DNA of 61,153 bases, counting the filler, from Hausera hauseri (taxonomy: Eukaryota), in assembly GCA_046269625.1 (NCBI GenBank). It is 10 parts of 10 records of this genome, joined end to end, with 100 filler letters (N's around TTAATTAATTAA, not from the genome) between each part and the next. Parts side by side here need not be neighbours in the genome. Positions count along the whole stretch, not along the records: positions 47,716 to 52,037 come from JBJURY010635442.1; positions 52,138 to 56,182 come from JBJURY010796868.1; positions 56,283 to 61,153 come from JBJURY010408477.1; 7 more parts are not named here. One strand, written 5' to 3'. Below are positions 48,237 through 59,200 of the stretch, one piece after another. Below the pieces are notes generated by a model, which was not told the DNA's origin, ran no database searches, and saw only the letters and a program-made list of their open reading frames with translations. Numbering within the stretch: the first letter of the stretch is position 1; every line of letters starts with the position of its first letter. A program made the translations under genes and the position numbers.

Positions 48237-48947
48237 TGTTATATTTTGGGGGTTGCCCTACTCGTCTCCCACTATATAACAATAAGTTAAATCAAGGTTT
48301 CAAATTTACAGCAGGTAAGGTTTACCGTTCTCGGTAAATCAGGATGTGTTTTAAGAGTTTTATAAAATTTCTTGACTGCTGGTACTGCGTGCCAATCCTA
48401 TGCAGTAATTTTAGAAGATTCTCCTCTTAACTATAGAGATTTTAAGTAAAGAATTTAAAACATTAGGGTAATCTAATCGATCTTAAGGATCGACGAAAAA
48501 CTATAGAAGAAATTTAATACGTTTAAATAACACTAATTACCACAATTTACAATATGAATACTTCGATTCGTTCACAGTAAACGATAGTAATTAACAATTC
48601 TGAATTCACTAATTCGATGCTTCGGTATCTGCAGTATCCGGTTCCACTCTTATCAGTTATCGATTCGCTAATCTGTAATCTCCAAATTCCTTTCTGTCAA
48701 CTTCTCACTGACTTTTAACTTCTGACTGCATTCTGATTTCGCTCGCTATTTATAGTTGCGCACAACAGTTTTTCTGATTATATCATTTCCGCTGATTTAC
48801 ATTTATTATTTTTGATTTTTCCGGCATTGATTTCAATTGTTTTTAGTACAAAATTTCCATATTTGCACAACTTCCATTTCTGATTAATAAATAATTTTCA
48901 TAATATCATTAGGATTTAGCACTTTTACTATGTACATCTACGTAACA
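48237..48947 (-). repeat. Solo LTR (711 bp), homologous to the C2 LTR
   Basis: TGTTA...TAACA termini. Collinear blocks are shared with 49434-50177 and with the reverse complement of ~9465-9734 (CTATATAACAATA, GCAGGT..CGTTCTCG, GGTACTG, TCCTCTTA.CTATA). No TSD recognised. Confidence 0.85.
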
Positions 48948-49433
48948 CGGTTATAAATATTTCCTGTATCATAGATCAATGAACTTTTATTTAAAAACTA
49001 TGAAAAGGCATTCATTCCTATTAATTTCTAAAAGTCAGCCCGTCCTTCAGTCTACAAATTTTACAGTCTGTTCTTGTTTGAATTCCAGTATGCTGATGCA
49101 GTCTTTTTAAAGACTGGCGGTATTTTCTATTTGTTGAAAGTTCATTTATGCAACAGTCATTATATGGTGCATTAAAATATTTTATACAGTACAAAATATT
49201 CGACCTATGGGTGTGAAGACTTGTTTTTTAAATATTACCCACCCATGTATGGAAATATGAATGAAAAATAATGACGTTTTTTGTCGCAGACAAAATGATG
49301 AGATATATGCATTCTGTAAGCATTATGATGTTTGTGCCATTGTTTGTTTTGTATTGTTTTAAATTGCACAGATTTAAGCTTAAATAAATTTAAATTTAAA
49401 CCAACATACAGAGATCTTGTTTAAAATTCTGTA

Positions 49434-50177
49434 TGCTATATTGTGGGATGGCCCCTACTCGTCTCCCGCTATATAACAATAAGTTAAATCACTTTTAATT
49501 TTGTAGCAGGTGCGGTTTACCGTTCTCGGTAAATCAGGATGTACCTTATGACTTTTATAACGTTAATGATTGCAGGTACTGCGTGCGATTCCTGTGCAAC
49601 AGTTAATACGAGTTCTATCCTAACTATATAAATTACGTAGAATTTTAATGACTTAAGGTAGTCAAATCGATTTTAAGGATCGATGAAAAACTAAAGAAGT
49701 TAAAACGATTTCAAAAAAAACAAATTATAATTGTTACCAAATTCGTACAGAATTTCCAATCGTTCACTACAATAGTTGACAATCAATTTCTCTGAATTCT
49801 CGAAAAGACGATATCTCGATGTCAATCTTCCTTTTCTGTTATCTCGGTTTACTGAATCTGTAAGTCTCGGAATCTTTCGCTTTGTTTCTCGTTGGAGTCT
49901 AACTCCGAAAAGCTCTCCAAAAGTTCTGTCTTATCCGAAAATTCTGTCACTATATAGTGTTGGTTCCCAATGATTACATCATTTTCAGTGAATTTTTACA
50001 CATTAATTTCTATTTCTTTGATTATTTGATGTTCGTAGTCGATTATTACACATTCTTTCAATTCGAAATCTTTGCATAATCATTTATATTTCGAAATAAA
50101 TATTTGTATTAATATTCTAACTAAAATATTACAATACACTTAACAATTACTATTACTATTATGTACATTCCGTAACG
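49434..50177 (-). repeat. Second, diverged solo LTR (744 bp) of the same family
   Basis: TGCTATA...CGTAACG degenerate termini. It shares CCCTACTCGTCTCCC.CTATATAACAATAAGTTAAATC and GGTTTACCGTTCTCGGTAAATCAGGATGT with 48237-48947. Confidence 0.85.
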
Positions 50178-50409
50178 TAATTACAATTTTTTCGGTAGTC
50201 TTTACTTTCTATTTGTTTCAGTGACTAATGATGTCAAACAAGAGTGGTGGTAAAGCCGTATAGAAGAACAAGGATGTCGGAAGAGAGACTTTGGTAAGAT
50301 TTCAGTAGTCACGCGAAAGACGAGGCAATGTGCCGGCATAGGAGTCTTCCCTAGAAGAAAAGTGCAAAAATCCACTTCATATTCACATTAATGGATGACA
50401 CCAGTTTCT

Positions 50410-50850
50410 AGCTGGATCGTGTTTCCAACATTTCGAAAGAAAAATATCCTGCCTTATCGAACCGAAAATGTGCTCTTTTGCAGCACGACAATGTTCCACC
50501 ACATCGTGCTAAATTAACCCAACAAAAAATTAAAGAATTAGATGAATTTGAAGTATTATCACATCTTCCCTATAGCCCTGACATAGCACCAACAGACTAT
50601 GGCTTGTTTCGTTCAATGGATCATTTCTTGCATGGTCGGAGGTTTGGAACAGTTGAAGAGGTTGAAGAAGCTTGTCACGAGTTTTTTGCTTCTAAAAACC
50701 GTGATTGGTACCTAAGCAGATCAGATTACTTGCAGACTACTTTGATGAATAAATTGATGTTGTAATTAGTAATTGGGATGTTTTTTGTAAATAAAACGTT
50801 TTTGGGAGAGCCGAAATTTTTCTGCCCGGAAACTTTTTGGACGACTAGTA
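50410..50850 (+). mobile_element. mariner (DD34D) transposase 3' fragment with probable right TIR
   Basis: QHDNVPPH...LPYSPDIAPTDYGLFRSM. CGGAAACTTTTTGGACGACTAGTA at ~50827-50850 resembles a mariner end. Confidence 0.85.
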
Positions 50851-50929
50851 TGTGTACATTATAATAATTTGTATTTGTTTTATATGAATTGGATGTTTCA
50901 ATTTTTAAAATTCAGTAAGTCTACATACA

Positions 50930-52037
50930 TGGATCCTGACGTCTGGAAAGAGATAAGCCCTAACTACACTGCACCAACATGTAGCTTTACCGGAGATACA
51001 GGAGACTCACATCTGAATCTAGTACAATGGATATCGGTAGTGCATTTATTATTCCACAGATTTTTGAAATTATGACACCTGAAACGAACAAATATGCTGA
51101 ACAATTCATATCGTCAGATGTGTTGAAAAAGCATAGCAAAGTTTAGCGTTGGGAAGCTACAGACACAACTGAAATGAAGAAATTTTTGGGTTTGGTATTT
51201 CTCCAGGGCCTAGTCAAAAAGACATCCATTGAAGACTACTTGTACACAGACCCAATACTAGCAATGCCTGTTGTCAACAGTATCATACCACGTGACCGTT
51301 TTGAGTTGTTGAAGTTTTAGCACTTCACTGACAATAGCGAGGCTGCTAATGAAGACAGACTGCACCAATTGAAATTGATTTGTGACACCTTGCTTGCGGC
51401 ATTCCAAGATGTGTATTATCCCAGCAAACATGTATGAATTAATGAAGCTATGGTTCTGTGGCGTGGAAGGCTTGTATTCAGGCAGTACACACCTCGAAAA
51501 AAGAAATATGGAGTCCAGCTGTATTTGTTGTGTGATTTAAGTGGCGATATGTAGAATGCAATGGTTTATTGCAGAAAATTAAAAAACTTAATTTCAGGAT
51601 TTGGTTATTCAGAGGCAGTAGTTATGGAGCTGATGAATAAGTTATTTGACAAAGCCGTGAACTTTATGTGGACAATTTCTACACCGGTGTTTCATTGGCT
51701 CGAGAACTGTTGAAGAGCAAAACGCAGTTATGTGGAACATTTCGTAAAAACAGGAAACACTTGCCATCAGCAGTAATATCTGCAGAACTGCAGAAAGAAC
51801 GTTGTGTAAGCCGGCGCAATGGTCCAATTGTTGTGGTCAAGTGGAGAGACAACAGAGACGTCATGATACTGTCTACTTTCCACACAGACATGTGAATGTC
51901 ATGTCGCAAATCAAATCGTCAAAGTGAACAAATCCAGGAACCAGATGCCATATTTGATTACAACATGAACATGTGTGGCGTAGACCTCATATCAGCAGAC
52001 ATCATACTATTACCCATATTTTGCAAGTTATAGCATT
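50930..52037 (+). pseudogene. piggyBac-family transposase remnant
   Basis: EMKKFLGL, INEAMVLWRGRLVFRQY, KYG, DNFYT..LARELL..CGTFRKNRK, KWRDNRDV.ILST, DYNMNMCGVDL. Multiple stops and frameshifts. Confidence 0.9.
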
Positions 52038-52804
52038 NNNNNNNNNNNNNNNNNNNNNNNNNNNNNNNNNNNNNNNNNNNNTTAATTAATTAANNNNNNN
52101 NNNNNNNNNNNNNNNNNNNNNNNNNNNNNNNNNNNNNCGCTAAATGTTGGTGTCAAGAGTTTTTTCAATGGTCGAATATATTCAGGCGATAGTAGCTAAA
52201 TGTTTCAGAACAGCACGTTTTGAAGTAAAGGTCAGAGTTGATATAAATCAATACAATGTTCTATTTTATTCAATTACAAATTGATGGCTATCAAGTAAAA
52301 TAGCTCACCAATGTTTTGAGAATTTTTTCGTTCTAAACGTAAAAATTGACTTATTTTACATTACGAATATAAATCTTAGATGAGGAAATATAGTTCCAAG
52401 AAAGCAATTTTTATTATCCGCAAAAATCCGTTTTTCATTATTTTTTGAATTTTACAGTAATAAATAAGCCGGCGGGTATACAGTTTCGCCCGCATTAAAC
52501 ATGCACTCAAAATTTTAATAAACACAAAAATTTTACTTAGTGATGATGCTATGTGTAAATTAAAGTCGATTAAATGTTTGTAAGTTCTGGTTGCTATACT
52601 GCACAAGTGCCATTAAGCCTGTCATATTAATCCAACAATGCAATGAGCAGGCAACATGCCTCGAGTTCATTTTGTTTAAATGTTTTAATTGGTATTAGTG
52701 AATAACAATGTCATTTAAAGTTGATTTCAAAATATTTCTGAATTTCATTTCCACATGTTAAGTAATTTTATTTCGTTAATTTACCAATGCTATTAAATGT
52801 ATAA

Positions 52805-52925
52805 ATGATACATAAAGACAATCAGAATCTCTGGATTATAACACCAGACGAACGAGCGAGATTCGATTTACAATTCCACGGACTTAGCCCCATTAATGGA
52901 TTCGTTACTGGTGATCAAACAAAAG
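52805..52925 (+). pseudogene. N-terminal EH-domain fragment resembling intersectin/Dap160
   Basis: WIITPDERARFDLQFHGLSPINGFVTGDQ resembles the intersectin start WAIT.EERAKHD.QF..L.P..GFITGDQ. Similarity stops abruptly. Confidence 0.65.
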
Positions 52926-53434
52926 CGCATCACAGTGCATTTGTAGTTAATTCAACCCAAGATAATTTTTCGGAATCTTGCTTATCAACCATGAATTCTA
53001 TCGATTCGCTTAAATATCAAATCTTTTCGACTGTACCACATCAACGTACGAATCGTCATGATAACTTCCATGCTAATTCGAATGTCGATTTTTTAGGATT
53101 GGACTCAGGTATCATTAAGCAGAATACCGATTTCAGTTATTCATTGGGTAAAACCATGAATAGACCTACCCACACCTCTCAGTTTGCATATGAATGTTTA
53201 GTCTTGACAAAATTACTTCAGACAACATTTGTATGAAGATAACAACTCGAAAGTGTGCGATAATATATAAATGTTGAAATGAAGGTTACACTTTTGAAAA
53301 TTGTGAAATTTAGTCATAGTAACTAAAAATATTATTGAAATGATGCTATCATTGAAGCAGAATTTTTAATGTTTGATACAGAAATTTAGTTTTCATAATT
53401 TTTAAATTAAAACTTAAACTATTTTGAATTATTA

Positions 53435-53511
53435 CAGGGTGATCAGCAAATTATTATATAAATTAGTGCAAATGGCCCATACTAAAATCCGATTTTGTGC
53501 TGATCACCATG
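53435..53511. mobile_element. 77-bp Tc1/mariner-type MITE
   Basis: TIRs CAGGGTGATCAGCA / TGCTGATCACCATG (13/14), preceded by TA. Confidence 0.6.
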
Positions 53512-53800
53512 TGCATGACCACGCCTATTAGTCAGTAGTAGGAATAAATATCAAGAAAATTTGTGATATCGTTAATGACAACCCATCTATACATTTATAA
53601 TAAAAATATAAATTCTAAATGCATAATTCAACAGACGATACTTTTGTATTTCAGCGTCGATCCATTTGCAATATATGTTTATTTCATTTGTTCGTCATAC
53701 TATATACGCATATTTGATGATTTTACGGAATCCATTGCTTTATTGTCTAACTATTGTAATTTGTTTAAATAATGCAAGTGGCAAGAATTTAAATAATTTA

Positions 53801-55755
53801 ATGAGCAAAGAAAATCAATTTGAATATTTTACATATATTGTCGATAAGGCAGATGAATGGGATAGATTCCAACGGGATGTTAATTTATTGACGCAATCTG
53901 TGATAACGCCTATGCAGCGATTGCCTATGAGATTGCGACGACGAGCTGCTAGTCACAAGAAAAATCGGATTCCATTTCGCATCAGGAAACAAACGAAAAA
54001 CATAAAACAAGAAATTTCTAATCAAATCGTCAAACGTTGTCGCAAATACAGACGTCGTCATTTGAATAAGACTGTTGAATTTGACCGACGACAAACGAAC
54101 AAACGATGGATGGCTACACACGTTTGGCATGCTAAACGATTTAAAATGGAAACGAAATGGGGTTGGCGTATACCAGTCGTGCCAAATCAGAAATGTTTTC
54201 GTCCGTGTACGATGGGGATGCATAAGTAAACAATATTTTCGATTATTTGAACTGAATCTGGTTTTTCAGGAGTTGTGTCGTTATGGATGCTAGTTTTTGG
54301 CATGTTTTGGAATTTATCGGTAAAATGGACGATATATGGAATTGTCTCCGTTTAATGATAGATCCGGCTACTGTTGGCGAAGTGCGAGGGCAATTGGATG
54401 GTCGCAGTGAAGTGTTGGTTATGCTGCATTGTGCTGGGACGTTTCCGTACGGTGCTATTTGTCCAGTGCGGCTGGTGAAAATATCTGATGATGAAATTTC
54501 ACCTCAGACTGTTACAATTCTCCTATCGGTCCATCCCAGTGCGGCATCAGAATTGACTCAACAAATAATCATGACATTCAAATTGTCAACAGACGACAAT
54601 CACAATTGGACGGGACAACAACAACGTCCTATCACCATGATAGACAGAACTGGTGAATTATGCAGATTCCGTCTGATGGGTCCTCATTCACAAAATATCA
54701 TTGCTACATTAACAGGTGGAAAATTCCCTCGTGAAAATCTCTGTGAGACGACCATCGATGATCCTGCAGTATTGCGACCAGCATTACGACAGACAGACAT
54801 TCCACGAATGGACACGATTCCTGTGTTAGAATGTGACAGTGCAGTACCGTCACAATTTCAGTCGACAACGGCAACAGAAGGACAGCAGACGGATTTCAAT
54901 GGGAGATGTCCATTATTGTTCTTGCGTCAATGTTACGATGACCCGCGTTTCCCCGGTGGTTGGGATTTGTTAACACCATTTCGATGGGCTGCGTCTCTCT
55001 GGGTTACTCTCATTTCCCGTGGCGCCAGACCGACTTGTGTTCGTTACGTCAGCCGTTATATGGCCATAGAGGCAACGAGTCTCCTCGCTAAACTGGATTG
55101 TTTCCCATATTTCGCATTCCATGATACGCTAACAGGAAGAGCAGTAGCTGATGAATCCACTGCACAACAACAAACTCAGTGGATGCGCAAATCACCGTCA
55201 CGTCGTATCAATTACGCATTGTACGCAACAGACACCCCATTCAGTTGTCCATGGAATCAATTGATGTCTGATGAGAAGTTCTACGTCATGCGCAATTTGT
55301 CCCACCTCCGGGCAGTTGCACGACTCCTGTCAGGTGATTTACCGAACCTGAATGGTGTTCGATGGACACCAAACATGGCGGCATTCGATAGGATGGATGC
55401 GAACATGAGGCATTCGTTGGTGCCTATCATTATTGAATGTCGTCGTAAAGTATTACCGTATGCTGCCATACTTGCATCCGCAAATGGTGACGATGCGTTA
55501 GTCAATATGGAGCAGTTAGCAGCAGCTGATGGTGGTTCAATCGAATGGGTGCGCCCTCTCATTGGATTTGTCGTCATCGGTGACCAGTCACTAGCGGTTG
55601 GCAAATGTCGTGCATTCGGTTTCATTTCCTTTGTCAGATTGGTTGAAATATTCGCTAGCCATTTGCCCTGTGGTCGTGTATGGCTCAAGAATCCAAATAG
55701 TCGGCAGATGGTCTCCGCAGAAATGTACGTGTGTAAATATGGTTTAAATCGTTGA
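53801..55755 (+). CDS. POP1: RNase P/MRP subunit POP1; two exons (53801-54225, 54270-55755), ~636 aa
   Basis: QRLPMRLRRRAASH and WMATHVWHAKRFKM..WGW motifs, later GWDLL and IGFV..G. A 44-nt GT..AG intron restores the frame (MHK|SCVVMDASF). AATAAA overlaps the stop. The start codon is inferred. Confidence 0.92.
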
Positions 55756-56282
55756 ATAAATTTATTTATTTAATTTTGATTTCTGTAAAATTATTGTATG
55801 TGATGTTTATGTTGATTTCAATTTTGTTTGCGTCGATATTCCGCTAAGTTCGTCACGCGCTATCGATCATCACATCGATTTAGTTTCAAATATCATTTTA
55901 ACCGAGTAACTTTTATTTATTTACGCAGCATACAACGGGCTGCGGAGGACGTAATTTTTTCGTTATATACAAAGGGCGCAACGTATGATTCAAGGACGTA
56001 TTCTAAACGTTCCGATATTGTTTACGTCCCGCTCGGTTAAACGTTAATTAAATAACACGGAATTTACCAACTAAAAAGCACGTTTTACAACCTATACGAA
56101 CGTGAAATAATCAATATTTCAAAAATTACTGATATTTCACTATTATTGGTATAATAAGGGAAAAAATGAGTTTTATATATTTNNNNNNNNNNNNNNNNNN
56201 NNNNNNNNNNNNNNNNNNNNNNNNNNTTAATTAATTAANNNNNNNNNNNNNNNNNNNNNNNNNNNNNNNNNNNNNNNNNNNN

Positions 56283-59200
56283 ATACTTGCAACCTCAATA
56301 CAGCTTCGTCCATTTTTAAATCCGATCGACCTCGCGGATAATTGGGTAATTATTATTTCGTCCAGTAATGTTTCATTCATTTCATGTCTGGTGGGAATTC
56401 GTATGGTTCGTACTAATTTAGTATATTTACTTCGATAGTAATCTCCTTTTTTCTTTATAATCGTAAGGTATACATTATGGAGGCCTGAATCTTGCACTAC
56501 ACATTGCGTTTCATTGATCCATGGATGGATTAAACAATCATAGTTTCGTTTATTAGGGTTTCTGTCATTATCGTCCCATGGTATCAATTGTATTCCTATT
56601 AGATATTCTGGAGTCATTCGTCTTGACACGCTCCAAATCACACATTTTTCACCTTTCCTTGTATACGTTACTTTATGTCGTAAGCTCTTTAGCAATAAAT
56701 CTTCATTTATGGCCACAGCGTGGCGTATTTTGGCGTGCTCGATTTCTTGTTTTGTCAATTGGCTTAAAACTGTGGGCATTAATATGAGGAATATCAACAC
56801 GATATATTTCTTTATTCCATGGAGTTTATAAGGGATTTGTGTTTCGTCTACTTTTTCGCTGATACACCGAACTATCTCTTGTTCTTCTTTTCTTAACTTA
56901 CTCTCTTTAGCTGCTGGTTTGCATCTATTAACATGGACTTTAAGGGAGACATTATTTTTCTTTAAACAGATATTAGGTAAATCTACTTTTTCAACTTCAT
57001 ATGGCCCTTTATATGGCCTATCTAGTTTTGATGTCTTTCCTCTCTTATTTAGTGGCGTATACAGCATCATCTTATCGCCTACTTTGATTTTTGGCTGTTT
57101 TGTTTTTTCATCATAATATTTCTTATATTTCATCTTATAGTCCTTTTGATTTCCTTCTATTATCTTATACGCTAACTGGAGTCGTTCTTGCATTAATTGT
57201 TTGTATTCTTCTATCTCCATCAAATGAGAAGTAGGTCTCACGTTAAAATCTAGGTCAATGGGTAATCTTGCGTCTCTAAGGTACATCAAGTAAAATGGCG
57301 TTTCTTTGGTGGCTTCATGAACAGACGTTCGGTTTACAAAAACACATGCGTTGATATATTCATCCCAATCATCTTGTCTGATATTTACTACCGTTTGTAG
57401 TTTTCCTTTCAAATCACCGATATATCTTTCAACCATTCCGTTATTTTCTGGATGTCCAGGCGTGGATCGCAGTTTTAGTATTTTCATAATATCATATATG
57501 GCCTGCATTACATTTCCGGTTAAGTTGGATGCTTGATCGGTTAAGAGAATTCGAGGAGCTCCATAGTTAAACACTATATTTTCTACGAATCTTTCAGCAA
57601 TTGTTTCTGCTTTCATGTCCGCCATGGGTAAGGCAACCACCCAGCGAGTAAAATAATCTATAAAAACTAAGATGTATCTATTCCCGTTCCTAGTTAGTGG
57701 TAAAGGACCAGTGATATCCATGGCTGTAAATTCAAATGGTGCAGGTGGATTATCCCACACTTTAAGGGGAGCTTTGAATTTTGATCCTGTATTTTTCCTA
57801 GTGGCGCATAGTTTACAACTTTCGCACCATTCCTGCACGTCCTTTATCATGGTAGGCCAAAAATATTTCCGTTTTAATTTATTTATCGTCTTTTTCGCTG
57901 ACTGATGTCCGCCTAGTAATCCATCATGGTATTGTGTTAATAGAACTGACCTATTTTTCCGTGGAATTACTAATGATGGTCCATTTTGATGAATATAATA
58001 TAAGAATCCATCTTTTTCTTCGTATGCCTCGCTAAATCGGGCTAGATGTCTAGCCAATTCTTTGTTCGTTGGCAATAGTTTGTTTTGTATATAATTTCTG
58101 ATCGCTTTTATATCAGGATCTTCTTGTTGATTCTGTTTAATCTTTTCTATTGATCCATCCATACTCCAGACTGCTGCTATCACTTCTTTCTTTGTTTTTG
58201 ATTCATCTGTCATTCTTGACAAATAATCTGCATTCGCGTTTCGTGTTCCCGGCTTATACTGGAAGTTTAATGTATAGGGCTGTAATTTAAGAGCCCATCG
58301 TAGTAATCGACTATTTGGATTCTCGTGTTGTTTTAGCCATTGTAGTGGTCGATGATCAGTGTATATTAGTAGTGGCTTATTTTCACTGATGTAAGGTGAA
58401 AAAACTTCTAGGGCAAATATTACTGCCAGCAATTCCTTTTCGATTACTGCGTATTTCTTTTGGTGTTTGTTAAGCTTTCTTGAAGCATAAGCCACTGGAT
58501 GCTCCTTGCCATCTTCACCTTTTTGTGACAATACTGCTCCAACTCCGTAGTCACTTGCATCCGTTGCTAGTATGAATGGTTTAGTAGTATCTGGGTATAT
58601 TAAGATTGGGGCGGTTAACAATCTATCCTTTAAGTGTTCGAAGGCTTTTTGGCAATCGTTTGTCCAAAATACTTTTTCCAAATCTTCTCGTAACAATTCG
58701 TATAAGGGCTTGGCTATTTTGCTAAAATCCTTTATAAACCTTCGGTAATAATTGGCCAGTCCTAAGAATCGACGTAATTCTTTGACCGTAGTTGGTTTCG
58801 GGAAGTCTTTGATCTTTCCCAGTAACTTATCTTGAGGCCTTACTCCATGTCTATCAACTCGATGTCCGAGGAAATCCACTTCTGCCTGGGCAAATGAACA
58901 TTTCTTTGGGTTTATCTTCAATCCCATTATTTCACATCTGTCAAAGAGATCTTGTAAGTCTTTCAAATGTTGTTGAAAATTCGATGATGCTATTATCACG
59001 TCATCGATGTATACCAGAGCATGGGGTGCATCCAAGAGTAACAGTTCGGTTCCTCTTTGAAACGTGGGTGGACCATTCTTCAATCCAAATGGCATCCTAT
59101 TAAATTCCCATAGTCCTTCGCCTATTGAGAAGGCTGTTTTCGGTTTATCCTCCTCTTTTACTTCTACTTGCCAGTATCCTTTTTGTAAGTCGATAGTCGT

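Noticed and set aside
7756-56282. Recurring TTAATTAATTAA as a biological repeat or CRISPR-like array
   Set aside because: It is always centred in exactly 44+44 Ns, so it is a scaffolding linker. Adjacency across linkers carries no synteny information.
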